From an uncultured Gammaproteobacteria bacterium (lineage in GTDB: Bacteria > Cyanobacteriota > Vampirovibrionia > LMEP-6097 > CAYGPN01), in NCBI GenBank assembly GCA_964352085.1, contig CAYGPN010000009.1, forward strand, positions 44,539 through 108,538: a stretch of 64,000 bases of DNA, written 5' to 3'. Shown piece after piece: positions 48,544-58,662 of the stretch. The translations under genes and the position numbers were made by a program. Below the pieces are notes generated by a model that saw nothing but the letters and a program-made list of their open reading frames with translations, made no database searches and had not been told where the DNA came from. Every line of letters starts with the position of its first letter. Within the stretch, counting starts at the first letter, position 1.

Positions 48544-49416
48544 ATGCACTTAGAATTACCAAAAGAAAAAGTATCTTCTAAGGTGCAGACTATTATTAAA
48601 GTGATTCTAGGATTTAATATCCTGGTTTTTCTAATGAAACTTTATATTGGAATAACAGCCCAATCACTTAGTATTCTTGGTGATGCTGCTCATTCCGGTG
48701 TTGATAGTTTAAATAATGTTTTGGGTTTAGCTATGGTCTATATAGCATCGCAGCCTCCTGATAGAGAACATCCTTATGGTCATGAGAAATTTGAGACACT
48801 GGGTGCTATAGCAATTGTTGCTTTTTTAGGTGTTGCATCTTTTGAGTTGATTGAAAAATCAATTATGAGATTTTTGCATCCAGCGGAGCTTCCTATTATT
48901 GATAAAACGACTATCATCTTTTTATTAATTACTTTAGTTATTAATATCTTTGTTTGGCTTTATGAGAAAAATGCTGGGCATAAATATAACTCAGAGTTTT
49001 TAAAGGCAGATGCTGAGCATACTTTTTCTGATATTTTAATTACACTTTCTATTCTTGCAAGTACTTACTTTATTCTTAAAGGCTATTATTTTTTAGATCC
49101 TCTTCTTGGGATATTAATTGCATTTATCATTTTAAGAAGCGCTTTTGAGATTGCTCAAAGAACAGTGCCAATTTTAGTGGATGAGTTTTGGATTGATCCT
49201 GAAGAGCTTGAAAAGATAGCGATGTCCGTTAACAAGGTGGCTGAATGTGAGGATATTAAATCTAGAAAAAGTCATTTAGATGGTTTTATAGAAATGACAG
49301 TGAAGTTCAGGACTGATTCTTTGGTTGAAGCTCATAAGCTTAGTCATGAAATAGAACATAAAATCCATGAGAAACACGGTGATTGTCTGGTTACTATTCA
49401 TATAGAGCCTGTTTAG
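48544..49416 (+). CDS. Cation diffusion facilitator family transporter.
   Basis: HSGVDSLNN…PPDREHPYGHEKFE signature, six TM helices and a C-terminal cytoplasmic domain. Confidence 0.7.
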   Translation: MHLELPKEKVSSKVQTIIKVILGFNILVFLMKLYIGITAQSLSILGDAAHSGVDSLNNVLGLAMVYIASQPPDREHPYGHEKFETLGAIAIVAFLGVASFELIEKSIMRFLHPAELPIIDKTTIIFLLITLVINIFVWLYEKNAGHKYNSEFLKADAEHTFSDILITLSILASTYFILKGYYFLDPLLGILIAFIILRSAFEIAQRTVPILVDEFWIDPEELEKIAMSVNKVAECEDIKSRKSHLDGFIEMTVKFRTDSLVEAHKLSHEIEHKIHEKHGDCLVTIHIEPV

Positions 49417-49418
49417 TT

Positions 49419-49540
49419 GTCATTGCGAGCACGGAATTGTCATTGCGAGCAGAGCGAAGCAATCCATGGATCACCACGTCGCCTTTGGCTTCTCGTGATG
49501 ACAATGCGTCATTGCGAGCAGAGCGAAGCAATCCAGCGAG
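49419..49540. repeat. Two copies of a palindromic repeat element variant (gtcattgcgagcagagcgaagcaatcc…).
   Basis: Directly visible; same modules as the other loci. The ORF-track ORF at 49383-49586 is a translation artefact of this repeat. Confidence 0.8.
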
Positions 49541-49664
49541 GGTATTTACCCATTTGTTAAGGAGAATGTTCAAAATTCTTTTATAATTGGTAATACGGGT
49601 ATTGCTAAAATTTTATATGAAAGCTTAGTCTAGAAAAGCCTTTTAGCTAAGCGGGGAAAGAAAA

Positions 49665-51161
49665 TTGATAATAAGAAATAACAGATTAGCACCATTTTTA
49701 CTAGCGCCAGTTTTAGCAGCGGGCTGCGTCTCGCCAGCTGAAAGAATAAAAGAGCGTGACAAAATAGCGGCTGTTGAAGGTCACAGTGCTTTAGATAAAT
49801 TTAGAGACTCTTATTATAAAGCAGCTGATGAATTCTATGACGAAGTTGTAAAAACTTACGTGCTTCTTTTGCAAGACAATACAGAGAAAGCAGAAAAATT
49901 TAGAGAAATTTATCGATTAGATGATTTAAATAAATTAGATATTCCTGAGACTAAAAAGATAAGAGAGTACTTTCAAAAGAAAGGAGATACAACTTTCATC
50001 ACTAAGTTGATTCTTTCAGCAAGAGCAACAGTGCCTCTAATAGATGCTGAATATAATGTTGCGATTAATAGTGATTCAAGTACTAGTAGACTAAGAGAAC
50101 TTAAAAGAGACTGGTACGATGCTTCAGCTAATTTTCTTCTTCTCTTGCAGAGCAAGTTTAAGCGTATAGCTTTTGATAATAAGGAAGTAGATGAAGCTGG
50201 GAGATTTGGTGGATATACTGCTAAAAAGAAAATTGATATTGGTGTTTTTGGTGATGTGATTGGCACTAAAGGTTACGCAAGAAATGAAATGCAAAAAGCC
50301 ATAAAGACTTTGGAAGATAATGGTTTTCCTAGAAATGAGAATAGAGCTTTAAAATCTATAGTGCATAGTCTTCAAGGTTTAACAGCAAGTAGTTATTTAA
50401 GTGAAAAAGGATTATTAAATGTCATTCAAGGACTTAAACAAGCTTTTCCTAATGTGTTTCTAAGTGCGGCTAAATTATTTGCGACTGGTCCTTCAAAAGC
50501 GAAAGTTAAAGGTCCTAGTCTTGCAGACTTGAAAAGAAAGTCAGGTGAAGAGGCAGCGAAAAGAGCTGAGGCAGCAGATGCAGCGAAAAGTGCAGAGCCA
50601 AAGAAGGGTGCTGCTAAGGCAAAGAAAGCTACAAGAGCAGAAGGCTTGCCAGTAGCGAGAGTTTCTAGTGGTAAAAAAGTTAATGAAGCTAATAGTGAGC
50701 CGAAGCCAGTGATTAAAAAAGAACCTGTGCCTCTAAAACCAGAACTTGTAGCAAAACCGAAGTCCGAAGCTAAAGAAGCAGTTGCAGTAATCAAAGCAGA
50801 AAAGCCAAAACCTTACTTGAGAGAAATAAAAGGCGTGAAGGAGTTTACTGCTGAGCAGATTGCTGGCTATAGGGAAACTAAACCAGGAGCTTATAACTAC
50901 TACACTAAGCTTGCTGAGAGGATTAACGAAGAAGCTACTCCTCTAAAAATAATATTTAAAGATAGCAAGCATGAGCATGATGTCATAATCTCAGAAACTG
51001 ACCTTAAAGCGCTTAAGCAAAAAGCAGATGGCTTTTATAATGGCCCTAAAAAACTTATGAATCTTCGTGTGTTAGTGGGCAATGACGGAAGTGTTTATTC
51101 AATTCCCACAGCTCAAATTCAGAAATTAATCTCAGGGGGAGAAAATAATGACAGTAACTAA
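49665..51161 (+). CDS. Putative lipoprotein with a histone-H1-like Ala/Lys-rich C-terminal region.
   Basis: Lipobox LAAGC; AKRAEAADAAKSAEPKKGAAKAKKATRAEG segment. No enzymatic motif. Confidence 0.45.
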   Translation: MIIRNNRLAPFLLAPVLAAGCVSPAERIKERDKIAAVEGHSALDKFRDSYYKAADEFYDEVVKTYVLLLQDNTEKAEKFREIYRLDDLNKLDIPETKKIREYFQKKGDTTFITKLILSARATVPLIDAEYNVAINSDSSTSRLRELKRDWYDASANFLLLLQSKFKRIAFDNKEVDEAGRFGGYTAKKKIDIGVFGDVIGTKGYARNEMQKAIKTLEDNGFPRNENRALKSIVHSLQGLTASSYLSEKGLLNVIQGLKQAFPNVFLSAAKLFATGPSKAKVKGPSLADLKRKSGEEAAKRAEAADAAKSAEPKKGAAKAKKATRAEGLPVARVSSGKKVNEANSEPKPVIKKEPVPLKPELVAKPKSEAKEAVAVIKAEKPKPYLREIKGVKEFTAEQIAGYRETKPGAYNYYTKLAERINEEATPLKIIFKDSKHEHDVIISETDLKALKQKADGFYNGPKKLMNLRVLVGNDGSVYSIPTAQIQKLISGGENNDSN

Positions 51162-54100
51162 TAATAGTGGACTTAATCTAGGCGTAGGTTTGAGCGGGCA
51201 AGCTGGTGGAAATCAGCATAGCCCTAAGGATAAATTATTAGCTTTTATTGATAGTAATCTTCCTGGTGGTGAGCTTGCTAAGGCAAGAACAGAGAAACTT
51301 ATAGAAGCTATTCAAGCTAGAGACCCAGATGTAAAAATTCCTATTGCTAAAAAACATATAGAAGCCTTTCTTAATAGCAATATTAAGACTTTATACCTTG
51401 ATGGAATAAAGGGGCAGGTTGCTGGCGCAGATGCATCTGCAATAAAAGAAGAAAATATGGAGCAAGTTGAAGCTGGCGTGAATAAAATCTGGGAGAATTT
51501 TATAAGCACTAATTTTCCTTTTGTAAATGAGCCTGCTTCAGCTGTGGTTGAACCAGTAGAGCAAACTGCAGTTAAGCCAGAGCCTCTAGCTCCAGCTCAA
51601 GAAGCTGCAACTCAAAGAGAAGCTAGTGAGCCTGCTAGGCAAGTAGCTGAGACTTTTAATATGGCTTTAGCAACTGACGAAGAAAAGATTAATCATTTTG
51701 CAAAGAAAATTCAAATATTTTTGATTAAAAAGCACTTTACTTTTATCCAAAAGGAAAGCACAAGTGATGAAGATTTTACAAATAACTTGCCTGAAATGGT
51801 TGCAGAAGCTGTAAAAGCTAATATGGGTAGAATTGTCCCTGTCATGAAAGCTCTAAAGATTCCGGAAGAAGATATTGCAGCACTTGAGGTTAGGTTAGAG
51901 CATTATTTTACAACTGCTTATACTGCACTTGCAAAGACTGATCCTGAAGCTAGAAGGCTATTACTAGAAAATAAGAATTTTATCTATGAAGTCTTAGGTA
52001 CTTTAGAGTTATTAGAAAGTTTCGAGACGAAGCTTCCTGAAATTCTTGCTTATGATCCTGCAAGTATTGAAGAAGTTTTAGCTGAAGCTGAAGTTTCTAA
52101 TCCTTCGTTTGGCACATATGAGCCTTTAGTTTTAATGGATGACACTAGCGTATTAAATGAGCCAGAAGATAGCGATCTTCAAGCTCAAGCAGATGCAACA
52201 GCAGCAGTTGCTGAATTAGTTTCGCTTGAAGAAAGTCCTGTTGCTGAGCCAGAGTTTCCAGCAGCGCCTGTTGCACCTGCCCAAAGTACTCATTCTTGGC
52301 TTGATAATATAACCTCTACAGCTGTATCTAGAAACTCTAGAAGTAATCCAGCTACTGATCTTGAAGAACCTCAAAGTTTACCTTTCCCTTTAGCTAGAAA
52401 TCCTGAGTTTGATCCTGAGCCGTCACAAGTAGCTCCACGTATAAGTGTAGACACCTTTTATGAACCTGTTCCTAATAATATTCATGAAGCTGCTCCAGGA
52501 AGTGGAAGGCATCGTATTCCAGTTCTAGATGTTTCTGTTGAAGACGAAAAGACCCCTAAATCTCCTAGTGACACTGATCTAGCTATTAAAGTTCCAAGTG
52601 ATGATGAAATTGCTGCTGTTGCTACTGAAGAAGAGATTCCTCTTGAAGATTATGAAGCAGGTTTTGATGATCCAGAAGATGGATCAGAATTGAATATTTT
52701 CAATGCAGAAGGCAACCCTTCAGAAAGTATAACTAGATCTTCTATAAAAATAGAAAATCCTCATGCAATTCCATTAGCACCACTTCCTAGCCCTCAAGCA
52801 CTACCACCACTGCCGCCAATGCCTAGTTTTGCAGTTCCAAGTGTTGTTGAAGAACCTACATCACCACCATTAGCTAGCCCTGCGGCAATTCCAGTGGCAC
52901 CTACTGCTCAAAGTCCTCTTATTGAAGAGCCGTCTCAGCCAGTTAATCCAATTGCTGCTATCCATGCGGCTAGACCTTCACTAGCTATTGATTTTGATGA
53001 TCCAGTTGAAGCTAATACCACTCCTGTTTTTAATGATGATGATGCGCCTATTAAGCCACTTAAAAAAAGACGAGCTGGTCTTTGGTTAACAGGACTTGGT
53101 TTAACGGGTGCTGGAATCGCAGCTACCGTTTTCGGTCTCAGCGAAAGAGCTAAAACTAAAAAAGAAGGACCTAAAAAACTATTAAATAACGGTTCTGATA
53201 CTGATCCTAAAAAAGGAATGCATGTATCTGTAAAAGATCCTAAGGCTAAAAATCCTGTGGGTCTAGAGACAACTGATTTTCCAGAGACAAAACCGAAAGT
53301 TGACGTGATTAAGCCTAAAACTGATAAACCTGATTTTAATCCAGATGAGTTTGAAGCGGAGCTTGAAAGCAAAAAGCTCACGAAAGAAGAGTTAAAGAAA
53401 TTAAACCCTATTTTAGGAAATTTAAAAAAGCTGATTCCAATTCTAGGTGGACTTTATAAGGCTCATCCAGAACATTTCTCAAACTTTGATATAGATGTAG
53501 CTAATAATGCTGCTAAAGCTTATGAAGCTCTAGAGAAATCCGTAGAGTCTGGCAAAAAAGCTGGGCAGCTTGATGAAGCTAACAAGCTCGAGCAAGCTAT
53601 GGGTGCTGTAATACTTAGTGTTAGACGAAAAGTTGTTGCTGCACAAGAGAAAGCTACACGTGATGCAAAAATTAAAGCTGCTCAAAAATCTAGAGAAGCT
53701 CAAATTGAAAAAGTTCAACGAGAAGCTGAAGCAGCGAAGTCTGCAGAAAAAACTGCTAAAGGTCCAGATAAAGCTAAAGCAAAAGCGAAGACTAGAGCAT
53801 CTTTAACTAGGCTTGACTTTATTAAGAAGATTAATGAAGCTTTGAAGAATGAAGAAGCTCAACGTGGGTCTGCTTCTTTTAAAGCTATTGAAAAGATATA
53901 TATCCCTGATGCAAGTGTTTTTGAGGGTTTGAGAGCTTTAGATGATGGTAAAGATCCAAGAATAACACTTATTACTACGACTGACTCTGCAAGAGAGAAA
54001 ATCTTAGTTGCTGGTGTTGTGACTATGAAGTTAGGCAAGGCTAATTTTAAAGATACTAAGACAGCAGCAGACAATCCTTATAATGATAAGGTTGGAGGCT

Positions 54101-54648
54101 TTCTTTCAATACCACAAAGTGAGATTAAAAAATTAGGTTATGTAGAGAAAAGTGAATTTAAAGGATTTTTGAAGAACCCAGAAAACTTTGTTCAGGCATT
54201 GTTTGGTGTTAGAGCTGAGAAAAGTGCTGATGCTGCAGTTCCTGAGCGCAGAACTGAAAAAGCAGGTCCTGGTGATATCAAACCTAGTAAAAAAGCAGAT
54301 TTAACTAGCTATGCTGCATCTAATCCAAGCATTGCTTTTAAAACTGTATTTGAAGAAGATCTTAGTCTTGAAGATATCTTTGATGGTGGCGCTAAAGTTA
54401 GGATGACTTTCACTTCTGATAAGCAAACACCAAAGGTTATAAGAGCTAAGAGTTATGATCTTGTGATTCAAAATGATCTAAGCTTTAGTAATTCTAGAGG
54501 TGAGTTCTTTATTGATGGCGAAGATGCTGTAGGTATTCAAGGTGATTATTTCTTTGCTTATGATCCTAAAACTAAGCAAGTTTATAAGCTGAAGATGATT
54601 AACGTGAAGAACACTGAGACACTTCAAGAGTCAGTAAGAGTTAAATAA
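51148..54648 (+). CDS. Giant (1166-aa) single-pass membrane protein. The N-terminal half is acidic and Pro-rich (PLPSPQALPPLPPMPS); the C-terminal half is Lys-rich coiled coil followed by a globular part.
   Basis: One central TM helix GLWLTGLGLTGAGIAATVFGL; the start overlaps the preceding gene by 14 bp. No known domain recognised. Confidence 0.5.
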   Translation: MTVTNNSGLNLGVGLSGQAGGNQHSPKDKLLAFIDSNLPGGELAKARTEKLIEAIQARDPDVKIPIAKKHIEAFLNSNIKTLYLDGIKGQVAGADASAIKEENMEQVEAGVNKIWENFISTNFPFVNEPASAVVEPVEQTAVKPEPLAPAQEAATQREASEPARQVAETFNMALATDEEKINHFAKKIQIFLIKKHFTFIQKESTSDEDFTNNLPEMVAEAVKANMGRIVPVMKALKIPEEDIAALEVRLEHYFTTAYTALAKTDPEARRLLLENKNFIYEVLGTLELLESFETKLPEILAYDPASIEEVLAEAEVSNPSFGTYEPLVLMDDTSVLNEPEDSDLQAQADATAAVAELVSLEESPVAEPEFPAAPVAPAQSTHSWLDNITSTAVSRNSRSNPATDLEEPQSLPFPLARNPEFDPEPSQVAPRISVDTFYEPVPNNIHEAAPGSGRHRIPVLDVSVEDEKTPKSPSDTDLAIKVPSDDEIAAVATEEEIPLEDYEAGFDDPEDGSELNIFNAEGNPSESITRSSIKIENPHAIPLAPLPSPQALPPLPPMPSFAVPSVVEEPTSPPLASPAAIPVAPTAQSPLIEEPSQPVNPIAAIHAARPSLAIDFDDPVEANTTPVFNDDDAPIKPLKKRRAGLWLTGLGLTGAGIAATVFGLSERAKTKKEGPKKLLNNGSDTDPKKGMHVSVKDPKAKNPVGLETTDFPETKPKVDVIKPKTDKPDFNPDEFEAELESKKLTKEELKKLNPILGNLKKLIPILGGLYKAHPEHFSNFDIDVANNAAKAYEALEKSVESGKKAGQLDEANKLEQAMGAVILSVRRKVVAAQEKATRDAKIKAAQKSREAQIEKVQREAEAAKSAEKTAKGPDKAKAKAKTRASLTRLDFIKKINEALKNEEAQRGSASFKAIEKIYIPDASVFEGLRALDDGKDPRITLITTTDSAREKILVAGVVTMKLGKANFKDTKTAADNPYNDKVGGFLSIPQSEIKKLGYVEKSEFKGFLKNPENFVQALFGVRAEKSADAAVPERRTEKAGPGDIKPSKKADLTSYAASNPSIAFKTVFEEDLSLEDIFDGGAKVRMTFTSDKQTPKVIRAKSYDLVIQNDLSFSNSRGEFFIDGEDAVGIQGDYFFAYDPKTKQVYKLKMINVKNTETLQESVRVK

Positions 54649-54750
54649 GAGCTTAAGATATAGCTGAAAACCCTCGGTTTTAAGGGGTTTTTGACTATTT
54701 TTATCAAATTATATATAGCCCTTTCTTTTTATTAAAGGAGAGAGGGATAA

Positions 54751-56502
54751 ATGATTATTGCAGCTATAAAACAGCCTATAAATTTAGATAAATTGCTTAA
54801 AACAAAAGCAGCAGATAAGGCCGAGAAAAAAGATAATTGCCCTTTAGGTGAAGATACTTTTTTATGTCAGGATATTGATCCAGCTAGACCTACTCCAGTT
54901 AAAAAACAAACTATTACTAATCCTGGATCTAAAAATCCTGGACTTTATTTTCTTTATAAAAAGAAAGCTGGTGGTGGCGTAGATATAGTTCCAGTTCAGA
55001 AAATTGCTGATGGCACGTCTACACAAACTTATTATAGAGAACTTGGTTCAAATAAACTTAAGTGTGAAGCTTTTGATTCAAAAATAAAGGTCTTTGATAT
55101 AGCAAATTTCCCTGGAGTTTTAGGCATTAGGTTTAAAGATGGAAGCTACAAAGAGTTTAAGCCAGGTGATATTAAAGCTAAGGGAGCAGATTATGAGCTG
55201 ACCTTAAGAGAATCAGGAAGTACTTTTAAGCATAAATTATCTGATATTAAAACCATAAAGAAAGTTTTTTATGGTTATAAAGTCTTTCAGGAAAGATATC
55301 TAAAGCTAGCTACTGTTAATGGTGATATGAAAGCTAAGAAGCTTTATTCATTAAGAATGAAAGATGGTTCTATAGTTATTGCTAAATCAGAAAAGGTTAA
55401 TAATAAGCTTGTTGGATTAAAAGATATTACAAATAATAATGTAATAGAGACAGGGAAAATTAATTTCTATAAAGATATCTGGTTCCCTAGTACAGGAGAG
55501 CAATTAAACGTTACTAGAAAAACAGATGGCAAAGTTTTTACAGGCTTAGTATCTAATAAAAGTGCTGCTAAAGTAGCAAGTATTTATGTAAATGACACTA
55601 AGGGTACTATCACTACTATTCCTTATGATCAAATTACTAAGATAGAGCGCGCTGATAAACCTAAAGATGAAGCTAAAAAAGAACTTCCTAAAGCTAAAGC
55701 TTTAGCTTTAGGGCTTCTTAAACTTAAACATGGTCAAGTGTATACAGGCTTATTTAGAGAATATAAAGGCACAGTTTATCTTGCTGCTCATGAGACTATG
55801 AAAGTTTGGACTACTTCTAAAGCGAATTCTAATGACCTAACGGCTTTGAAAGTTGATGAGGCTTATACAGTTGATGAAAAAACTTATAATGAGCTAAAAG
55901 CCAAGCTTGATAATCACATTAATATGGAGACTGCTAAAGAAAAAGCTGCAGAGAAAAAAGCTAACTTAGTGAGAATTGAAAAGATAAAACAAGCTGTAAG
56001 TTTAGAAAGAGCAAAAGGTTTTAGCCTTTATAAAAAAGGCGACAAGCTGGTAGCAGGAAGATATATCGTCAAAAGAATTACTAAAGATGGGGAATTAGCT
56101 AAAGCTTATGAAGTAGTTAGTAATGATGGTAAATTAACTAAGAAATACGAAGTTACTGCTAGTGGCTCTAAGAGAGCAAGTGGCAGATTCTCTATGATTA
56201 CTCGCACAGGTAATACTTTCCTTTATAAAGAAGTCGATCCTAAGACTGCATCTTTAGGATTAGCTAAAAGAAAAGAGCTAAAAGCATTTCTTGCTAAGGG
56301 CTTTAAAAGATATTCTAAAACTATGACTTTTGTAAATGGTCAGAAATACACAGTTAAACTTTTCTCTTCCAGGGGAGAGAATGATATTGTAACTATTGCT
56401 GAAGCTGGAGTTTTAAAATATCTAAATTCTAAAACTAAGAAGCTGCATGTTCTAAAGATGGAGCGCCCGTCTCAGTTGATCCTGATCAAAAAATCACCTT
56501 AA
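54751..56502 (+). CDS. Hypothetical 583-aa protein with internally repeated ~60-aa modules.
   Basis: Repeated GxKxxxGxYxVxxxTxDGxxxKxYEV-like modules; no signal peptide. Confidence 0.45.
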   Translation: MIIAAIKQPINLDKLLKTKAADKAEKKDNCPLGEDTFLCQDIDPARPTPVKKQTITNPGSKNPGLYFLYKKKAGGGVDIVPVQKIADGTSTQTYYRELGSNKLKCEAFDSKIKVFDIANFPGVLGIRFKDGSYKEFKPGDIKAKGADYELTLRESGSTFKHKLSDIKTIKKVFYGYKVFQERYLKLATVNGDMKAKKLYSLRMKDGSIVIAKSEKVNNKLVGLKDITNNNVIETGKINFYKDIWFPSTGEQLNVTRKTDGKVFTGLVSNKSAAKVASIYVNDTKGTITTIPYDQITKIERADKPKDEAKKELPKAKALALGLLKLKHGQVYTGLFREYKGTVYLAAHETMKVWTTSKANSNDLTALKVDEAYTVDEKTYNELKAKLDNHINMETAKEKAAEKKANLVRIEKIKQAVSLERAKGFSLYKKGDKLVAGRYIVKRITKDGELAKAYEVVSNDGKLTKKYEVTASGSKRASGRFSMITRTGNTFLYKEVDPKTASLGLAKRKELKAFLAKGFKRYSKTMTFVNGQKYTVKLFSSRGENDIVTIAEAGVLKYLNSKTKKLHVLKMERPSQLILIKKSP

Positions 56503-56526
56503 TCTCTATATGATATTATTAGCCTT

Positions 56527-57075
56527 ATGCAAATCAAGGCAAAAATACTCCCTATAGCCAGTTCCAACATAGATACAGACCAAATAATTCCAGCTAGATA
56601 CCTTACTGGGATCTCTAAAGAAGGTTTGGGGCAGTATCTTTTAGAAGATGTGCCTAATAGCCCTATTAATGATGAGAAGTATAAAGGCGCTAAAGCGATA
56701 GTAACTTTAGAGAATTTTGGATGTGGTTCATCTAGAGAGCATGCTGTTTGGGCGATTATGGATCGTGGTTTTCAGGCTGTAATAGCTGTGAGTTTTGCTC
56801 GTATCTTTGAAGAGAATTGCTATAACAACGGTCTTGTGCCAGTGAAGTTAGAGGCGAAATATGTAGAAGAAATTTTAAAAGACGTTCAGGGAGAAGCTGA
56901 ACTAGAGATTGATGTAATTAATCAAACGCTTAAATACCAAGCTGGCAAAGATATTCGTGAGCTTAAATTTGATCTTGATCCACTTAAAAAAGAATTTATT
57001 TTAAAGGGTGGCTTTATGAAGTTTCTAGAAGCTAAAGTGCCTGATATTAAAAAATGGGAAGCTACTGCTAAGTAG
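56527..57075 (+). CDS. leuD: 3-isopropylmalate / homoaconitate-type dehydratase small subunit (archaeal-type short LeuD).
   Basis: 182 aa; GCGSSREHA and IIARSFARIF-like blocks of the aconitase swivel domain. Confidence 0.65.
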   Translation: MQIKAKILPIASSNIDTDQIIPARYLTGISKEGLGQYLLEDVPNSPINDEKYKGAKAIVTLENFGCGSSREHAVWAIMDRGFQAVIAVSFARIFEENCYNNGLVPVKLEAKYVEEILKDVQGEAELEIDVINQTLKYQAGKDIRELKFDLDPLKKEFILKGGFMKFLEAKVPDIKKWEATAK

Positions 57076-57077
57076 TT

Positions 57078-58517
57078 TTAGTTTTTAAGCGAATTTAAAA
57101 TCTCAAAGAAATTAGGGAAGGAAGTCTTCACAAATTCTGTTTTATGAATTTCTATAGGCTTAGTAGAATGTAAAGCTGCTATCGCTGCGCTCATAGCTAT
57201 TCTATGATCTCCATGACTATCGAAGATGATCTTTTCATCAGTCACTTTAGCCATATCATTTTCGTAGCCAGAGTTTGGCTCAAAAGGCTTTCCATTTCTG
57301 CCTTCTATAATCATCCCGTCAGGTTTCTCTTCTACATTAACTCCAAGAGCTAGAAGAAGATTAACAGTGGTTTTGATGCGATCTGATTCTTTTACTCGCA
57401 GTTCTTCAGCATCTTTAATAATAGTAGTGCCATCAGCTTGCGCAGCTAAAACCGCGATGATAGGAATCTCATCAATAAGACTAGGGATAAGCTCTTTACT
57501 AATAGTAGTAGCTTTAATTTCTGAATCTTTAGCAACTATGTCAGCCACTGGCTCGCCAGCTTCTACTCTTTTATTACCAAGGCGATACCTGACTTGCATT
57601 TTGTCAAAGACTTTTAGAATTCCAGTGCGCGTTGGGTTAATCCCAGTTTCTATAAGAGTTAATTCGGCTTTAGGTAAGATCGCTGCAGCTACCATAAAAA
57701 ATGCGGCACTAGAAATGTCACTAGGAACTCTAAAGTTCTGCCCTTTAAGCTCTTCTTTAAGTGTTTTAATGGATACGCAAAATCTGCTTCCTTCTTTGTA
57801 GACACTAAGATCAGCGCCAAAGGCTTTAAGCATAAGCTCGCTATGATTTCTTGATAGCTCAGGCTCAGTAACAGTTGTTGTGCCTTCAGCGTTTAGCCCT
57901 GCTAGCATAAGGCAGGATTTTACTTGGGCTGAGGCGATTGAAGAGTCATAGTTAAAGCCAGCGAGCTTTAATTCTCTATTAGTAAAATTACTGAGATTTC
58001 CATTCTCGCCTTTATTAATTATTAAAGGAGCAAAATTATCTTCTCTAGCTTCTATATTTGCGCCCATTTTTTTAAGTGGCTCAACCACTCTTTTCATAGG
58101 TCTTTGACTTAAATACTCATCACCAGTTAGCACTGTCTCAAAAGGCAAGCCCGCAAATAATCCAGATAAAAGTCTAATTGATGTGCCGGAGTTTCCCAGA
58201 TAAATTTCTTTATCAGGTTTTTTCAGTGCGCTAAAACCTTCACCATGAATAATAAGCTGCTTAGGTCTTTGGTCTTTACTAAGGTTTGCGTAGCTAGGAG
58301 GAAGATTTTCTATTTCTTTTTCTTCGGTCTTTACTCCCATCGCCTCAAAAGCAGCTTTAGTGCAGAGGCAATCTTCAGATGCTAAATAGTTATTCACTAC
58401 TGTCTTGCCTTTAGCAATTGAGCCAAAGATAATAGATCTATGCGTTATAGATTTATCGCCAGGGACTTTAATCTCTTTGCGAACTTCCTTGCTGATTGCT
58501 CCTACAGTTTCTTTCAT
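57078..58517 (-). CDS. aroA: 3-phosphoshikimate 1-carboxyvinyltransferase (EPSP synthase).
   Basis: KVPGDKSITHRS…LGNSGTSIRLL and C-terminal …DHRIAMS… motifs. Confidence 0.8.
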   Translation of the reverse strand: MKETVGAISKEVRKEIKVPGDKSITHRSIIFGSIAKGKTVVNNYLASEDCLCTKAAFEAMGVKTEEKEIENLPPSYANLSKDQRPKQLIIHGEGFSALKKPDKEIYLGNSGTSIRLLSGLFAGLPFETVLTGDEYLSQRPMKRVVEPLKKMGANIEAREDNFAPLIINKGENGNLSNFTNRELKLAGFNYDSSIASAQVKSCLMLAGLNAEGTTTVTEPELSRNHSELMLKAFGADLSVYKEGSRFCVSIKTLKEELKGQNFRVPSDISSAAFFMVAAAILPKAELTLIETGINPTRTGILKVFDKMQVRYRLGNKRVEAGEPVADIVAKDSEIKATTISKELIPSLIDEIPIIAVLAAQADGTTIIKDAEELRVKESDRIKTTVNLLLALGVNVEEKPDGMIIEGRNGKPFEPNSGYENDMAKVTDEKIIFDSHGDHRIAMSAAIAALHSTKPIEIHKTEFVKTSFPNFFEILNSLKN

Positions 58518-58611
58518 GTTTTAAGTTATTCTAGTTAATACTATATCAAGCCAGCCCTCTTAAAAGAGAGCCAAAAATAAGGGTTTTTTGTGTATAAAAA
58601 GCAAAATATCA

Positions 58612-58651
58612 GATAATATGATGTTTTTGGCATCATATTATCGGGTATAAT
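58612..58651 (+). promoter_or_regulatory. Perfect 12-bp inverted repeat (gataatatgatg-N7-catcatattatc) overlapping a TATAAT -10 box upstream of AAA-ATPase paralog 3. Candidate operator.
   Basis: Directly visible at 58612-58642; tataat at 58646-58651; gene start at 58663. Confidence 0.45.
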
Positions 58652-58662
58652 GATTTTAGGCT

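Noticed and set aside
49383-49586. 67-aa ORF (…SLRAERSNP…) in the ORF track.
   Set aside because: It lies entirely within the palindromic repeat element cluster, and the peptide repeats simply because the DNA repeats. The same applies to the 63562-63762 ORF (MRCHHERSV…).
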